A program made the translations under genes and the position numbers. The notes under the pieces are model-generated. The model saw only the letters and a program-made list of their open reading frames with translations, was not told the DNA's origin and did not search any database. Below are positions 39,050-48,269 of a stretch of 64,000 bases of DNA, piece after piece (the stretch's first letter is position 1; every line of letters starts with the position of its first letter). The stretch is from an uncultured Candidatus Saccharibacteria bacterium (GTDB lineage: Bacteria; Patescibacteriota; Minisyncoccia; Phycocordibacterales; UBA2100). The stretch spans positions 57,913 to 121,912 of the forward strand of contig CAYSUJ010000002.1 of NCBI GenBank assembly GCA_964434285.1. Reading direction: 5' to 3'.

Positions 39050-40285
39050 ATGTCACAGACCGTGCGGAAATGTTTTCTTTTTTTAGTTGGAGTGTCGATG
39101 CTTATTGGACTAGGTCTTTTTGTGCCACAACCTGCGCATGCGCTCGGGGGTGCCGCGAACGCGATCTGTTTTGAGCCTGGGATGTGTCAGTATGGGACGA
39201 GGTGTGGGAAGAATGGCCCCCCTGGTGTCTTGAATAAGCCCTGCTTTGACACGGTTAACGGTATTCGGATTGATGGTCTTTGTGTTGCGCCACAAAAATG
39301 TGAAGGAAAATCAGGTGGGGGTGCCGGCGGCGTGGGCGATCAAATGATCAACTCTATGCTCGGACAGGCAATGCAGCAGATAATGCAGGCGCTTCAGGGC
39401 GGTGGAGGAGGCGGAGGCGGAGGTGGTGGTTCGGGCGCGACGCCTGAATCCGGCCTTGCGGGGTGCACAAACTACTATCAAGTCACCACTCCTTCAACGG
39501 ATCCGTGTGCCATTTATTCTCCCTCGGCTGTGCTTGATGCGGGCGCTTCTGGTTCCTCCGGCATTGCCGACAACCTTCTCGGTGCACTTGGTTCATCAAA
39601 TCCATCTAATGTGAGTGGTGGTCTTCTCGATACTATTAAAAACGTAACGGGAACTGGCTCCAATACCGAGACACAGTCACAAGCACCGACGCCGGGGAAT
39701 CAGGGACTTTCTGGCGACTTACGCGTCGGGAATGCCGGCGCCACCATCTTTGCGAATCTTCGCGAGGGCTTAAGTGAAGTTGCTGGATTCTTCGGTGGTT
39801 CCACCGGGGGTGCTTCACAAGCACTTTCGGCAGCAGGGCGTCTTTGTGCGACACGACCGTGGGAGAGTGGTATTGCGGGGAGAAGCATCGCCCCGTCGTT
39901 TTTTGACGGCATTTGTCGGCTCAGCGGCTATCAAGTGGGTGTCATTACACCAACACAGACAGGGCGGTCGAGTGGCAGTAATTCTCCGACACAAAATAGC
40001 AACGTACCACGTGTGAATCTGGCAGGCACTGTCGGCGATGTTCCTCCCGAAGCAGATATATGGGCGGAGCCCGCATCGGTGCGGCTCGGTACGCGCACCT
40101 ACATCTTCTGGCGTGCGCAGGGAGTGATCTCGTGTGCATCGACGGGGCCGAACTTCTCGCAAAATTCGCTCTCAGGAGGTGCCTCAACTGTGCCCATTTC
40201 CGGGCCAACGACGTTCTCCATCGAGTGCCTCACGAGCGCAAGCACGACCATCCGCGACAGCGTGACCGTGCAGATTGCGATCTAA
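39050..40285 (+). CDS. Secreted Cys/Gly-rich surface protein with C-terminal Ig-like domain
   Basis: Signal peptide ending AHA, poly-Gly tract, paired Cys. Confidence 0.75.
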   Translation: MSQTVRKCFLFLVGVSMLIGLGLFVPQPAHALGGAANAICFEPGMCQYGTRCGKNGPPGVLNKPCFDTVNGIRIDGLCVAPQKCEGKSGGGAGGVGDQMINSMLGQAMQQIMQALQGGGGGGGGGGGSGATPESGLAGCTNYYQVTTPSTDPCAIYSPSAVLDAGASGSSGIADNLLGALGSSNPSNVSGGLLDTIKNVTGTGSNTETQSQAPTPGNQGLSGDLRVGNAGATIFANLREGLSEVAGFFGGSTGGASQALSAAGRLCATRPWESGIAGRSIAPSFFDGICRLSGYQVGVITPTQTGRSSGSNSPTQNSNVPRVNLAGTVGDVPPEADIWAEPASVRLGTRTYIFWRAQGVISCASTGPNFSQNSLSGGASTVPISGPTTFSIECLTSASTTIRDSVTVQIAI

Positions 40286-40358
40286 ATAGCTTCGAGCGGC
40301 CGGGCTGTCGGCTTTCGAAAATTCACGTTTGTAGAACGGCGTGGTATAAGTTTTCTAC

Positions 40359-40432
40359 CCGCCCATAGCTCAGTTTGGTAGAGCAATCGCCTTTTAAGCG
40401 AGTGGTCGTTGGTTCAAATCCAACTGGGCGGA
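40359..40432 (+). tRNA. tRNA-Lys(UUU)
   Basis: Acceptor CCGCCCA/TGGGCGG, anticodon loop CTTTTAA, T-loop TTCAAAT; CCA not encoded. Confidence 0.95.
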
Positions 40433-40437
40433 CTGTA

Positions 40438-40779
40438 TTACAGCGGCAGATCGAAGGCAAAGGGTCCTGCGCCAGTTATGAGAAGTGTGAAGCTCATGAC
40501 GAGTGCGAGCCAAAGTGTGCTTTTCGGGAGCGCGCGCTCGTTTCGCATGAGCGATTCGGTTATTGCAAGAAGCGCGATGAGTGCCATTGGTTGCGTGAGT
40601 GCTCCTACGAAGAGAAGGAGTGCGGCGAGGCCGGTGACGACCCCTGAGGCGCGTGTCCATGTGTTTTCTCCACGGATGCCGTGGAGGGCGAGTGTTCCGA
40701 GGATAGCAGCAACGGCGACGCGTATCATGAGTGCGGAGAACGGCGCGAGGTAGAGGAGTTCGGGGAAGTAGGAAAGCAT
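40438..40779 (-). CDS. DoxX-like membrane protein
   Basis: About 4 TM helices, C-terminal GAGPFAFD. Confidence 0.7.
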   Translation of the reverse strand: MLSYFPELLYLAPFSALMIRVAVAAILGTLALHGIRGENTWTRASGVVTGLAALLLFVGALTQPMALIALLAITESLMRNERALPKSTLWLALVMSFTLLITGAGPFAFDLPL

Positions 40780-40832
40780 GGCATTGAGTGTATCGTCTTG
40801 CTCACGAGGCGACAAGCAGATAGGGTGCATGC

Positions 40833-41306
40833 ATGGAGCGCTATCTCATACTGCATAATCTGCGAAGCGCACATAATGTGGGGGCAATTTTTCGTACCGC
40901 AGATGCAGCCGCAGTTTCGCACGTCTACCTCACTGGCTACACGCCAGCGCCACTCGACCGCTTTAAGCGACCACAAGGAGAGATCGCGAAGACCGCGCTC
41001 GGCGCAGAAAAAGCAATTCCATGGACGAGCGCTCGTTCACTTGCTCGTGTGATGAAAACCCTGCGCGCGAAAGGAGTGCACATCGTCGGGGTTGAGCAAG
41101 ACGAACGAGCGCGAGACTACCGGCTCTTCAAGCCGGAAAAGGGAGTGGCATTTCTCTTTGGAAATGAAGTGAACGGGCTCGCGCCTGCGACGCGTGCGGC
41201 GTGTGACGATCTTATCGAAATCCCGATGCTTGGTATGAAGGAGTCACTGAACGTTGCGACAACGGCGGGTATCATCCTTTTTTCAACGCTCCCATTCGAT
41301 CAGTAG
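40833..41306 (+). CDS. TrmH/SpoU family RNA methyltransferase
   Basis: HNVGAIFRTADA, FGNEVNG, IPMLGMKESLNVAT. Confidence 0.93.
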   Translation: MERYLILHNLRSAHNVGAIFRTADAAAVSHVYLTGYTPAPLDRFKRPQGEIAKTALGAEKAIPWTSARSLARVMKTLRAKGVHIVGVEQDERARDYRLFKPEKGVAFLFGNEVNGLAPATRAACDDLIEIPMLGMKESLNVATTAGIILFSTLPFDQ

Positions 41307-42301
41307 GTGAACACGTCGACTGTGCGTCCTTCGGCGTCGAGGAGTCGAATGACGTCATGTGATGTGCGCCACAACTCGCCGCTTGAGCCGAGGAAAAGTC
41401 TCCACACGTTTTCTTGAAAATCTGCTCGATAGCTCTGCGAACGAACACAGCCATTGTACGAAAGCGTATCGCCTAATTGTGTTCGGCAGGCTTGTGTGAG
41501 TGTGTGGGGGAGTTCTTGTGGGAAACGACATGATTGCATTCCTTGGAGTACATCGAAACATTCTGAACCAAGACGTGTCAGATTTTGCTCGGTGAGCGGT
41601 ATGAGCGACGATGGGGAGGGACAGTTCTCTGAAAGTGGTGGCGTGAATGGTTGGAATTGTTGGAGATACCCCGTGCAGGAATTTTCTCGAAATGAAACAC
41701 CGACTGGTGAAGCGCCGCTCGTGACGATCGCGATGCCGCCCGGCGCGAGTGTGACGGCGCCGAGTGTATTCGGAAGCCCTTGAGCGAAAACGGATGTGGC
41801 GCTTGGGATGGTGACCTTCATGCCCGTGAGCGCGCTTTCCAGTGTCCAGCCACGGATATCAATTGCTGCGCTATTTTGGTAATCGGCTTGGAGTTGTATG
41901 TATTCTTCTGATGCGTTCGTTGCGTGGATACCTGCGTCGCGTGCGATGAAAACAGCGCGCGCAAAGGGTGAGGGCGTACCGAAATCACGCATTGCCGCGG
42001 CTTCGCGGTTGAGTCGTTCGTATTCGTTGGTGAGTGCGATGAGCTGTGCTTCGGCGCTTCCTGAGTCTTGTGCATATGGATCAGCGATGTTGAGTGCATC
42101 GGTTATATCAATCGTCGGGAAGAGCTGTGCCGGCTGCCAGGGGAGGCGAAATTCTCCGCCTTCTCTTGTTGCTGTCGGCGAGAGAAAGTTAATTGCAGAG
42201 ACGCCTTTAAATACTTCGCGTGGACCACCGCCGATAACCCAAAGCGCTACCGCAGCAAGCACGATTGCGATTAAGAGCCAGAGAACAACCCGACGGAACA
42301 T
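41300..42301 (-). CDS. Membrane-anchored protein with lamin-tail-like domain
   Basis: EEYIQL...IDIRGWTL...DVIRLLDAEGRTVD, with a Cys-rich insert. Confidence 0.65.
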   Translation of the reverse strand: MFRRVVLWLLIAIVLAAVALWVIGGGPREVFKGVSAINFLSPTATREGGEFRLPWQPAQLFPTIDITDALNIADPYAQDSGSAEAQLIALTNEYERLNREAAAMRDFGTPSPFARAVFIARDAGIHATNASEEYIQLQADYQNSAAIDIRGWTLESALTGMKVTIPSATSVFAQGLPNTLGAVTLAPGGIAIVTSGASPVGVSFRENSCTGYLQQFQPFTPPLSENCPSPSSLIPLTEQNLTRLGSECFDVLQGMQSCRFPQELPHTLTQACRTQLGDTLSYNGCVRSQSYRADFQENVWRLFLGSSGELWRTSHDVIRLLDAEGRTVDVFTY

Positions 42302-42309
42302 GCGCATAG

Positions 42310-42352
42310 TATACCCGCACACCAAACGAGTTACGTTTGGTGTGCGGGTATA
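42310..42352. repeat. 19-bp perfect palindrome (REP-like CCCGCACAC family)
   Basis: TATACCCGCACACCAAACG-AGTTA-CGTTTGGTGTGCGGGTATA. Confidence 0.85.
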
Positions 42353-42354
42353 TC

Positions 42355-43599
42355 TTAACCGCGCATTTTGCGGAGTTCTTCACGTACCACCTGCGCGTCG
42401 CTCCAGGGAACGGCGCTTCCGCGTGCACCTTGAATGGTGGGGTCAGTACCTTTGCCGGTCACAATGACGCAATCGCCGGAGCGTGCGAGTGAAAGTGCGC
42501 GCGCGATCGCGGAGCGACGATCCATAATTATTTCTGGTGTGTGTTTTTCGATACCGCGGCCGAGCATGTCGACGATACCGCGCGGATCTTCATCGTAGGG
42601 ATCTTCGTTGGTGAGAATTATGGTGTCGCAATATGTATCGGCCACTCCGCCCATGACGGGGCGCTTCCAGAGATCGCGCCCACCACCTGTTGAGCCGAGC
42701 ACACATACTTTGCGACGATTTGGGTAGGCTTCATAGATTGCGCGGAGTGAGTCTGGTGTGTGCGCGTAGTCGACGATCGCCGTAAATGGTTGCCCCTCGT
42801 CGACCTCTTCGGCGCGCCCGGGGATGCGGCGGACTTCCGCTATGCCGCGAGCGATAGCATCTTCGCGAATACCGAACGCACGTGCGAATGTTGCAGCAGC
42901 GAGTGCGTTCAGGAGTGAAAATTCCCCTGGGAGCGGCACGGTGACACGTGTTTCTCCGAGCGTAAAAAAGCCGTCGCGCTCGCGTGCTTCAAATGGAGTC
43001 GCGCCAGTGAGGGAGAATGGTATGGGGGACTCAACAGGCAGCGATAGATAGCGGCCACTCTCCGAGTCGTCCGCGTTCGCGATCATGTAGCGAGGGCGCT
43101 TGCGTGATCGTGCGAGTTGTCGGCCTAGTTCGAATTTCGCATCAGCATACGCCTGCAGCGAGCCATGTGATTCTATGTGTTCAGGAGCGAGGTTGATGAA
43201 GAGGAGGGCGTTCAGTGAAATAAACCGATGCCGATATTGTCGCGCGCCTTCAGAGGTGAGTTCGATGAATACGATGCCGCATCCGGCGCGAGCCGCCTTC
43301 GCGATAAAATTTTGCACGAAGAAGCGCCCAGGGATTGTCATGCGCCTTGTGTTTGGTTCGCTGTTTGCACCTATCTTAAAACGAATACTACTTGAACTAG
43401 CCGTTTTCCAGCCGGCCGCTTCAAAAATCGCGCTGAGATATTCAATGGTGGATGATTTTCCTTTGGTCCCAGTCACGCCGACTACCACCACGTCGCGCGA
43501 GGGGAAGCCGCAGAGAAGTGCTGCGAGAAACGCCAACACAAAGTGATATGCGGACAGTAGTGGAGAGGGGAGTGCGGACCTAACTTTCTTCTTTATCAT
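42355..43599 (-). CDS. murE: Mur ligase (MurE-like)
   Basis: GVTGTKGKSST, VDYAHTPD, GGGRD, EDPYDEDP, GKG. Confidence 0.82.
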   Translation of the reverse strand: MIKKKVRSALPSPLLSAYHFVLAFLAALLCGFPSRDVVVVGVTGTKGKSSTIEYLSAIFEAAGWKTASSSSIRFKIGANSEPNTRRMTIPGRFFVQNFIAKAARAGCGIVFIELTSEGARQYRHRFISLNALLFINLAPEHIESHGSLQAYADAKFELGRQLARSRKRPRYMIANADDSESGRYLSLPVESPIPFSLTGATPFEARERDGFFTLGETRVTVPLPGEFSLLNALAAATFARAFGIREDAIARGIAEVRRIPGRAEEVDEGQPFTAIVDYAHTPDSLRAIYEAYPNRRKVCVLGSTGGGRDLWKRPVMGGVADTYCDTIILTNEDPYDEDPRGIVDMLGRGIEKHTPEIIMDRRSAIARALSLARSGDCVIVTGKGTDPTIQGARGSAVPWSDAQVVREELRKMRG

Positions 43600-43600
43600 A

Positions 43601-44170
43601 TCAGCGGCCGAGGAGTTTGAGTGCTTCGCGCAGGCGCTCAGAGCTTCCAGTAATAGCCGAAGGAACTTTGCGTAGGATGTCACGCGCCTCTGCGTGGGAG
43701 TAGCCGAGTGCTTTCATGGCTTCGAGCGCTTCTTCGTCACCGCGCATCGCGCCGTGTGCTGTTTCAGAGCCTGTGCCGACTTTGTCGCGCAACTCGAGCA
43801 CGATCTTCTCTGCCGTTTTGCGCCCGATGCCGGAAACTTTGGTGAGATATTCCGCTTCGCCCTTCGCAATCGCAGTGCGAAGCGTTTCGGTGGAGGCGAT
43901 ATCGAGAATGGCGAGCGCGGAGCGCGGGCCCACGCCGGAAACAGTGAGAAGAAGTTCGAAGAAACGAAGTTCCTCTTCCTCGGCGAATCCATACAGGCTG
44001 AAGGTGTCTTCGCGCACGTGAGTATGTACCCATCCTGACCATGGATCATCGAGGTTGAGTGATGTAAGGAGCTGCTTCGTGCATGAGAGCTCATAGCCCA
44101 CGCCGCCCACGAGGAGAATCAGGCGGCCAGAGCGCGTACCCTTCACGGTGCCTTCCAGGTAGCCGATCAT
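43601..44170 (-). CDS. ruvA: Holliday junction binding protein RuvA
   Basis: MIGYLEG, GGVGY, HVRED, VSGVGPRSAL, GIGRKTAEKIVLEL. Confidence 0.96.
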   Translation of the reverse strand: MIGYLEGTVKGTRSGRLILLVGGVGYELSCTKQLLTSLNLDDPWSGWVHTHVREDTFSLYGFAEEEELRFFELLLTVSGVGPRSALAILDIASTETLRTAIAKGEAEYLTKVSGIGRKTAEKIVLELRDKVGTGSETAHGAMRGDEEALEAMKALGYSHAEARDILRKVPSAITGSSERLREALKLLGR

Positions 44171-44260
44171 GGAGAGAAGTATACCGTATACAGTATTCCG
44201 TGTGGCGCAGAGAGGGGCGGAAACCCTTGTTTTTCTGGCTATATGGTGTAATATCGCGCC

Positions 44261-44500
44261 ATGGCAAAAACAAAGTCCGCGAAGAAAGCATATCGCGTCG
44301 AGCTCCGACGCCGCGTTTTTAATGTACGTCGTGCGAAAGCGATGCGTGATTCAGTAAAGGCGGTCGCGAAATCAGCCGATGCGAAGGATCTTCCTGCGGC
44401 ACAGAAGGCGATCGATAAGGCGGTCAAGCGCGGACTCATCAAAAAGAATACGGCGGCACGTATGAAGTCGCGCCTCGCAAAGAAAGTGGCGACAAAGTAA
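44261..44500 (+). CDS. rpsT: 30S ribosomal protein S20
   Basis: KSAKK...IDKAVKRGLIKKNTAARMKSRL. Confidence 0.95.
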   Translation: MAKTKSAKKAYRVELRRRVFNVRRAKAMRDSVKAVAKSADAKDLPAAQKAIDKAVKRGLIKKNTAARMKSRLAKKVATK

Positions 44501-44544
44501 TCCGTACTTTACGCAGGAGGTACCCTCCTGTATCGTGTGTGGAA

Positions 44545-44616
44545 CCTCTCGTAGTTTAATGGATAGAACGCGAGCTTGCGGTGTTCGTAATCCAGGTTCG
44601 ATTCCTGGCGAGAGGA
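44545..44616 (+). tRNA. tRNA-Arg(GCG)
   Basis: Acceptor CCTCTCG/CGAGAGG, anticodon arm CGAGC-TTGCGGT-GTTCG, T-loop TTCGATT. Confidence 0.92.
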
Positions 44617-45297
44617 CTAAGAAGTGATACGCTTACATGGTGCGCGTCCAAGCGCCAGAATCTCCCGCAACATCGCGGTGTCTCCATAGGTGACAAAACA
44701 GATACCTTGGAAATTTCTCCTAAACTTCTTACTCGTACTTCGTTTCTTCACGAAGAATTTTCCGAATTGGGTTCCAGGCACGTGAAGCAATTCGGACCAA
44801 TAGCGAACAGATTCTTTCTTAAGATGATAGTAGTGCAAACGGAGGCGCACTTATATGCGTTTTTCATCAAGATTAAAACAGTTTCGGAGCATTGAATGTA
44901 TAACAACACTAATTGTGGATCAGTATTGGCAAACGTAAGCGCACCACCCCCCCCCTTTCTTTCCTTCCGCCCAATACAGCATGGCCAGGAGTGATTTTTG
45001 AATCTCTTTGTCTTGTGTGGGTACTTTTTCTGCTGTAAGCACAGCTCTTGCTTCGTATGTTGCATACCGCTCCTGTTTATTCTTGGTGATTTTTGCCACC
45101 GCAAGTTTGCGAACACGTTTCATATGTTCCAACTGCGCACTTTTGTCGAATACTCCGGCGTATTTCTTACCTAACCAAACGGAGAGAGTACTCTTTGGAA
45201 TAGGGTATATTTTTCGGATTTCAGAGTAAGTTTTTCCTTCTTTTCGGAGTTGCTCCACTTCTGCTTTCACCGTACTTTCATAACGAATACTACCCAT
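44617..45297 (-). pseudogene. Degraded HTH + LAGLIDADG-like gene abutting tRNA-Arg
   Basis: HTH (KTYSEI..IPKSTLSVWL), LYWAEG, FANTDP and YWS motifs spread over three frames; frameshift at the G9 run (44947-44955), a second near 44890, and in-frame TAA at 44851-44853. Confidence 0.7.
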
Positions 45298-45413
45298 TTC
45301 TATAGTAAACAATATACCTCCAGAGGAAATATTCTTTGTTCAATTATGTGGATAAAATGCTCTTTCCCCACACTCTCGTTGCGAGAGTGGGCACGAGGAC
45401 TCATGATAGGAGC

Positions 45414-47657
45414 ATGTTGTTTTCCGCTTCACCGCGCGGGGGTTCTGTTTTGGGAGTTGTAGTGTCGCTCATGATCTTAGGCGCAGTGGCGATTGGTATT
45501 GATGACATTCACGTCGCCCGATTGGAGAGTAGTTCTCAGACTGCTGCGATTTTTTCTACTTATAGCTGCACAACTTCGAATGTCAATACGAATTCGGATT
45601 GTGAATCCATTAACGGTAAGCCCGCCTTCAAGGGTGTATCTCTTAACTCTGACGAATATAAAGAGATTACTTGTAACATAGGAAGTGATTTTATTATTCG
45701 GATCAACACAGACGGGAGTGACGGCAAAATATACTATGCTGATGCGAACGGGGAACCCGCGGCGCATGCACAATCCCAATGTGAGGCTGAATCCTCAGAG
45801 TTGTGGCGGGGAAAACCACCACGTCAGTGCGTTTCCGATCCTGCGCAACAGAATTCAAATCGGTGGAAGTGTTATGTGAAAGTCTGTTTTAGGTCAAATC
45901 AAAGCGCTGCTGGGAAGGATGGCGTAGGGTGCGGGCCATACAGGACTGATGAACCAACGGAGGTGGGGGTACGTATAGCCAGTGGTGCCGGAGAGGTTGT
46001 GACAAAGGCTTCGCGGCCAACAAAGCCTGAAGATCTACCAAGGTTGATAAATAACAGCAACAACCCTCTCGAGCAGGCACAGTTGAAGGCGCAGCAATTA
46101 GCGACTGGAAATATAAGTAGCGAAACGTCGACTGGTATCGCGCAGGCATTCACCGAGCAAGACATTACACAGCAGCACGAAGCGTTTGCGCAGGCACAGA
46201 CCACACTCAGTGTAGAGAAGTTGGCGTTGGAGCAATGTCAATCATCAGCACAGGGAACTATAGATCCCAGTATGTTTTGCGCGGAGCAACTCACGAGCGT
46301 TTCTCGGGCAGAGGAGCGTCTGAGTAAGGAGCAGATTCGGTTGGGTGAAATGCAAGGATATGCCCAAAGTTTGGGTGTTCATACATCATCGTTTGTGCCA
46401 ACCACTCTGCCAGCAGCACAAACGCCGCCGTCTAGCAATCCAAGCATCGATGAATTTGGGTGTGACCGTCGTCTCGATCCAGTATCGTATCGGATTTGTC
46501 GGAATTCCGGCCAGTCTATTAATGTTGGACCATCAGGGGGATATTCATCGTTTGGTCCCGGACGGCAGGGTGTAACAGTGGGGACGGGATACGCAGCGTA
46601 TCCCGGCTACAGTGTTGCGCAACAGGATAATTACTGTATCCCGACCTATAACCCCCAAATTGTCGAGCAACGTCCAGCGGTACCAGGATGTTTAAATTAT
46701 CGTTCCGGGTTTACTGCGCAACAACAATGTGCAACGACCGGTGCGAGTGGGTGGATTAACATTGGTCTTTCAGTACTTTCAACTCTTACGGGCGGACGCG
46801 GACTGAATCAGCAGAATTGTATTCGCAGCACCAATACGGCGACCAATGCGGGCGTTGATGCAAATGGTGTACCCCTTCCTTCGTGCTCAATCAACCCGTC
46901 GCAGACACAGGTGCAGGTGGGGGGAACGCCAGTGACGCTCTCATGGCAGTCGCAGAATGCGTTTGCGGCGACGCTTTCGAGTAGTGGGGGTGTCGGCGTG
47001 AACGGCAGTGTCACCGTGCAGCCGCAGCAAACAACCACGTATACACTCTCATTGCAGGGATATCGCAATACGCAGACGGGACAGGTGCTCTCGGGGCAGT
47101 GTTCAACACAGGTTGTGGTGGGTAGTGCAGGGACCACAACTAATGGTGGTCCTACGGCACAAATAGCATGCTCTCCGCAGTCAGCCGATGTTGGCATGTC
47201 AGTAGCTGTCTCATATGCATGTCTGAACTCAAACACTAGTTCCGGCTCGGGATTCTCAACCAATAATCAATTGAGCGGTTCAGCGACACCGATTGTTGAA
47301 AACCCGTCGATCGGATCAGATAGCATCACGTATGGATTAACCTGCTCGAAAGAGGGCGTTACGGACACTGCCCAATGTACGGTGCGGGTGAATAAAACAG
47401 CACTTGTGCTTGTTGCATACCCCAATCGAATTAGACATAACGAGGAGGTGAATATCGGCTGGGTCACAGCGGGAATGCAAGCGTGCACCATTTCATCACC
47501 TGAACTTGCTGGATTTACTAGCGATAATGCTGGTGGGACCAGTGTATCGGGCACTGTCCGAACGCCTCCGCTGACCACAGATGCGCGATTTGTCCTCACA
47601 TGTACGTCTCGGTCGGGAGCAACGAGAGTTGCTGAGACATCGGTCGATGTGGACTAG
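45414..47657 (+). CDS. Large Cys-rich surface protein with three C-terminal Ig-like repeats
   Basis: N-terminal TM/signal; repeats with W/Y...C...Y.L.C pattern. Start uncertain. Confidence 0.75.
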   Translation: MLFSASPRGGSVLGVVVSLMILGAVAIGIDDIHVARLESSSQTAAIFSTYSCTTSNVNTNSDCESINGKPAFKGVSLNSDEYKEITCNIGSDFIIRINTDGSDGKIYYADANGEPAAHAQSQCEAESSELWRGKPPRQCVSDPAQQNSNRWKCYVKVCFRSNQSAAGKDGVGCGPYRTDEPTEVGVRIASGAGEVVTKASRPTKPEDLPRLINNSNNPLEQAQLKAQQLATGNISSETSTGIAQAFTEQDITQQHEAFAQAQTTLSVEKLALEQCQSSAQGTIDPSMFCAEQLTSVSRAEERLSKEQIRLGEMQGYAQSLGVHTSSFVPTTLPAAQTPPSSNPSIDEFGCDRRLDPVSYRICRNSGQSINVGPSGGYSSFGPGRQGVTVGTGYAAYPGYSVAQQDNYCIPTYNPQIVEQRPAVPGCLNYRSGFTAQQQCATTGASGWINIGLSVLSTLTGGRGLNQQNCIRSTNTATNAGVDANGVPLPSCSINPSQTQVQVGGTPVTLSWQSQNAFAATLSSSGGVGVNGSVTVQPQQTTTYTLSLQGYRNTQTGQVLSGQCSTQVVVGSAGTTTNGGPTAQIACSPQSADVGMSVAVSYACLNSNTSSGSGFSTNNQLSGSATPIVENPSIGSDSITYGLTCSKEGVTDTAQCTVRVNKTALVLVAYPNRIRHNEEVNIGWVTAGMQACTISSPELAGFTSDNAGGTSVSGTVRTPPLTTDARFVLTCTSRSGATRVAETSVDVD

Positions 47658-48124
47658 AAACCGACCGCTTCCAAAATCTTGTGCGCAAGCGGCTCTTGCA
47701 TGGGGACCTCTTCTGCTCGTTCGCTCAGAAAGGTTCGTATCGCTTCGGGATCCATGTTTCCAAGTGGAATGACGAGATTCGGTGCCATGAGGGCTATTGT
47801 GTCAACAAGAAGTGTTGGTTCACCAACTTCCGTTTCAACCCAGAACGAGATGATGTTTTCGTATGGGTGGAGGGTCGGGCCGGTGTGTATTCCTTTTTCA
47901 GATACCTCGAAATCATGTAGTTCCGGCGGGTGATGTGCGATAAGTGCGATCGTTCCTGCGGCGATAAGGATGACGAGCGCGAAGAGTACGTTTGAGAAAA
48001 GGACGCTGGTGAGTGCCGCGGAAACCGCAATGATGCCGAGTGCCCAAAACCAATCAGAACCACGCTCGATGTGTTCGTGCTCATATGCACTCCACCGCAA
48101 AGAACCCGAATGCTCTTCGGACAT
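47654..48124 (-). CDS. Conserved two-TM hypothetical protein
   Basis: WSAYEHEHIERGSDWFW, 2 TM helices, soluble C-terminal domain. Confidence 0.75.
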   Translation of the reverse strand: MSEEHSGSLRWSAYEHEHIERGSDWFWALGIIAVSAALTSVLFSNVLFALVILIAAGTIALIAHHPPELHDFEVSEKGIHTGPTLHPYENIISFWVETEVGEPTLLVDTIALMAPNLVIPLGNMDPEAIRTFLSERAEEVPMQEPLAHKILEAVGF

Positions 48125-48184
48125 GAGTGCATTCTACTATGAGTTACATGCACAAATTGGTGCGGTGTGGTACAACAGTCGCAC

Positions 48185-48269
48185 GGAGGGGTGGCAGAGT
48201 GGTCTATCGCGCTTGTCTTGAAAACAAGAGTCTCGAAAGGGACCGTGAGTTCGAATCTCACCCCCTCCG
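48185..48269 (+). tRNA. tRNA-Ser(UGA), integration site of element 2
   Basis: Acceptor GGAGGGG/CCCCTCC, anticodon loop CTTGAAA, long variable arm, G discriminator. Confidence 0.96.

Noticed and set aside
39399-39432. GGN tandem repeat
   Set aside because: It encodes a poly-Gly linker with varied codons and is not a DNA-level repeat element.
44947-44955. Phase variation at the G9 tract
   Set aside because: A second frameshift and an in-frame stop mean slippage alone could not restore the gene.
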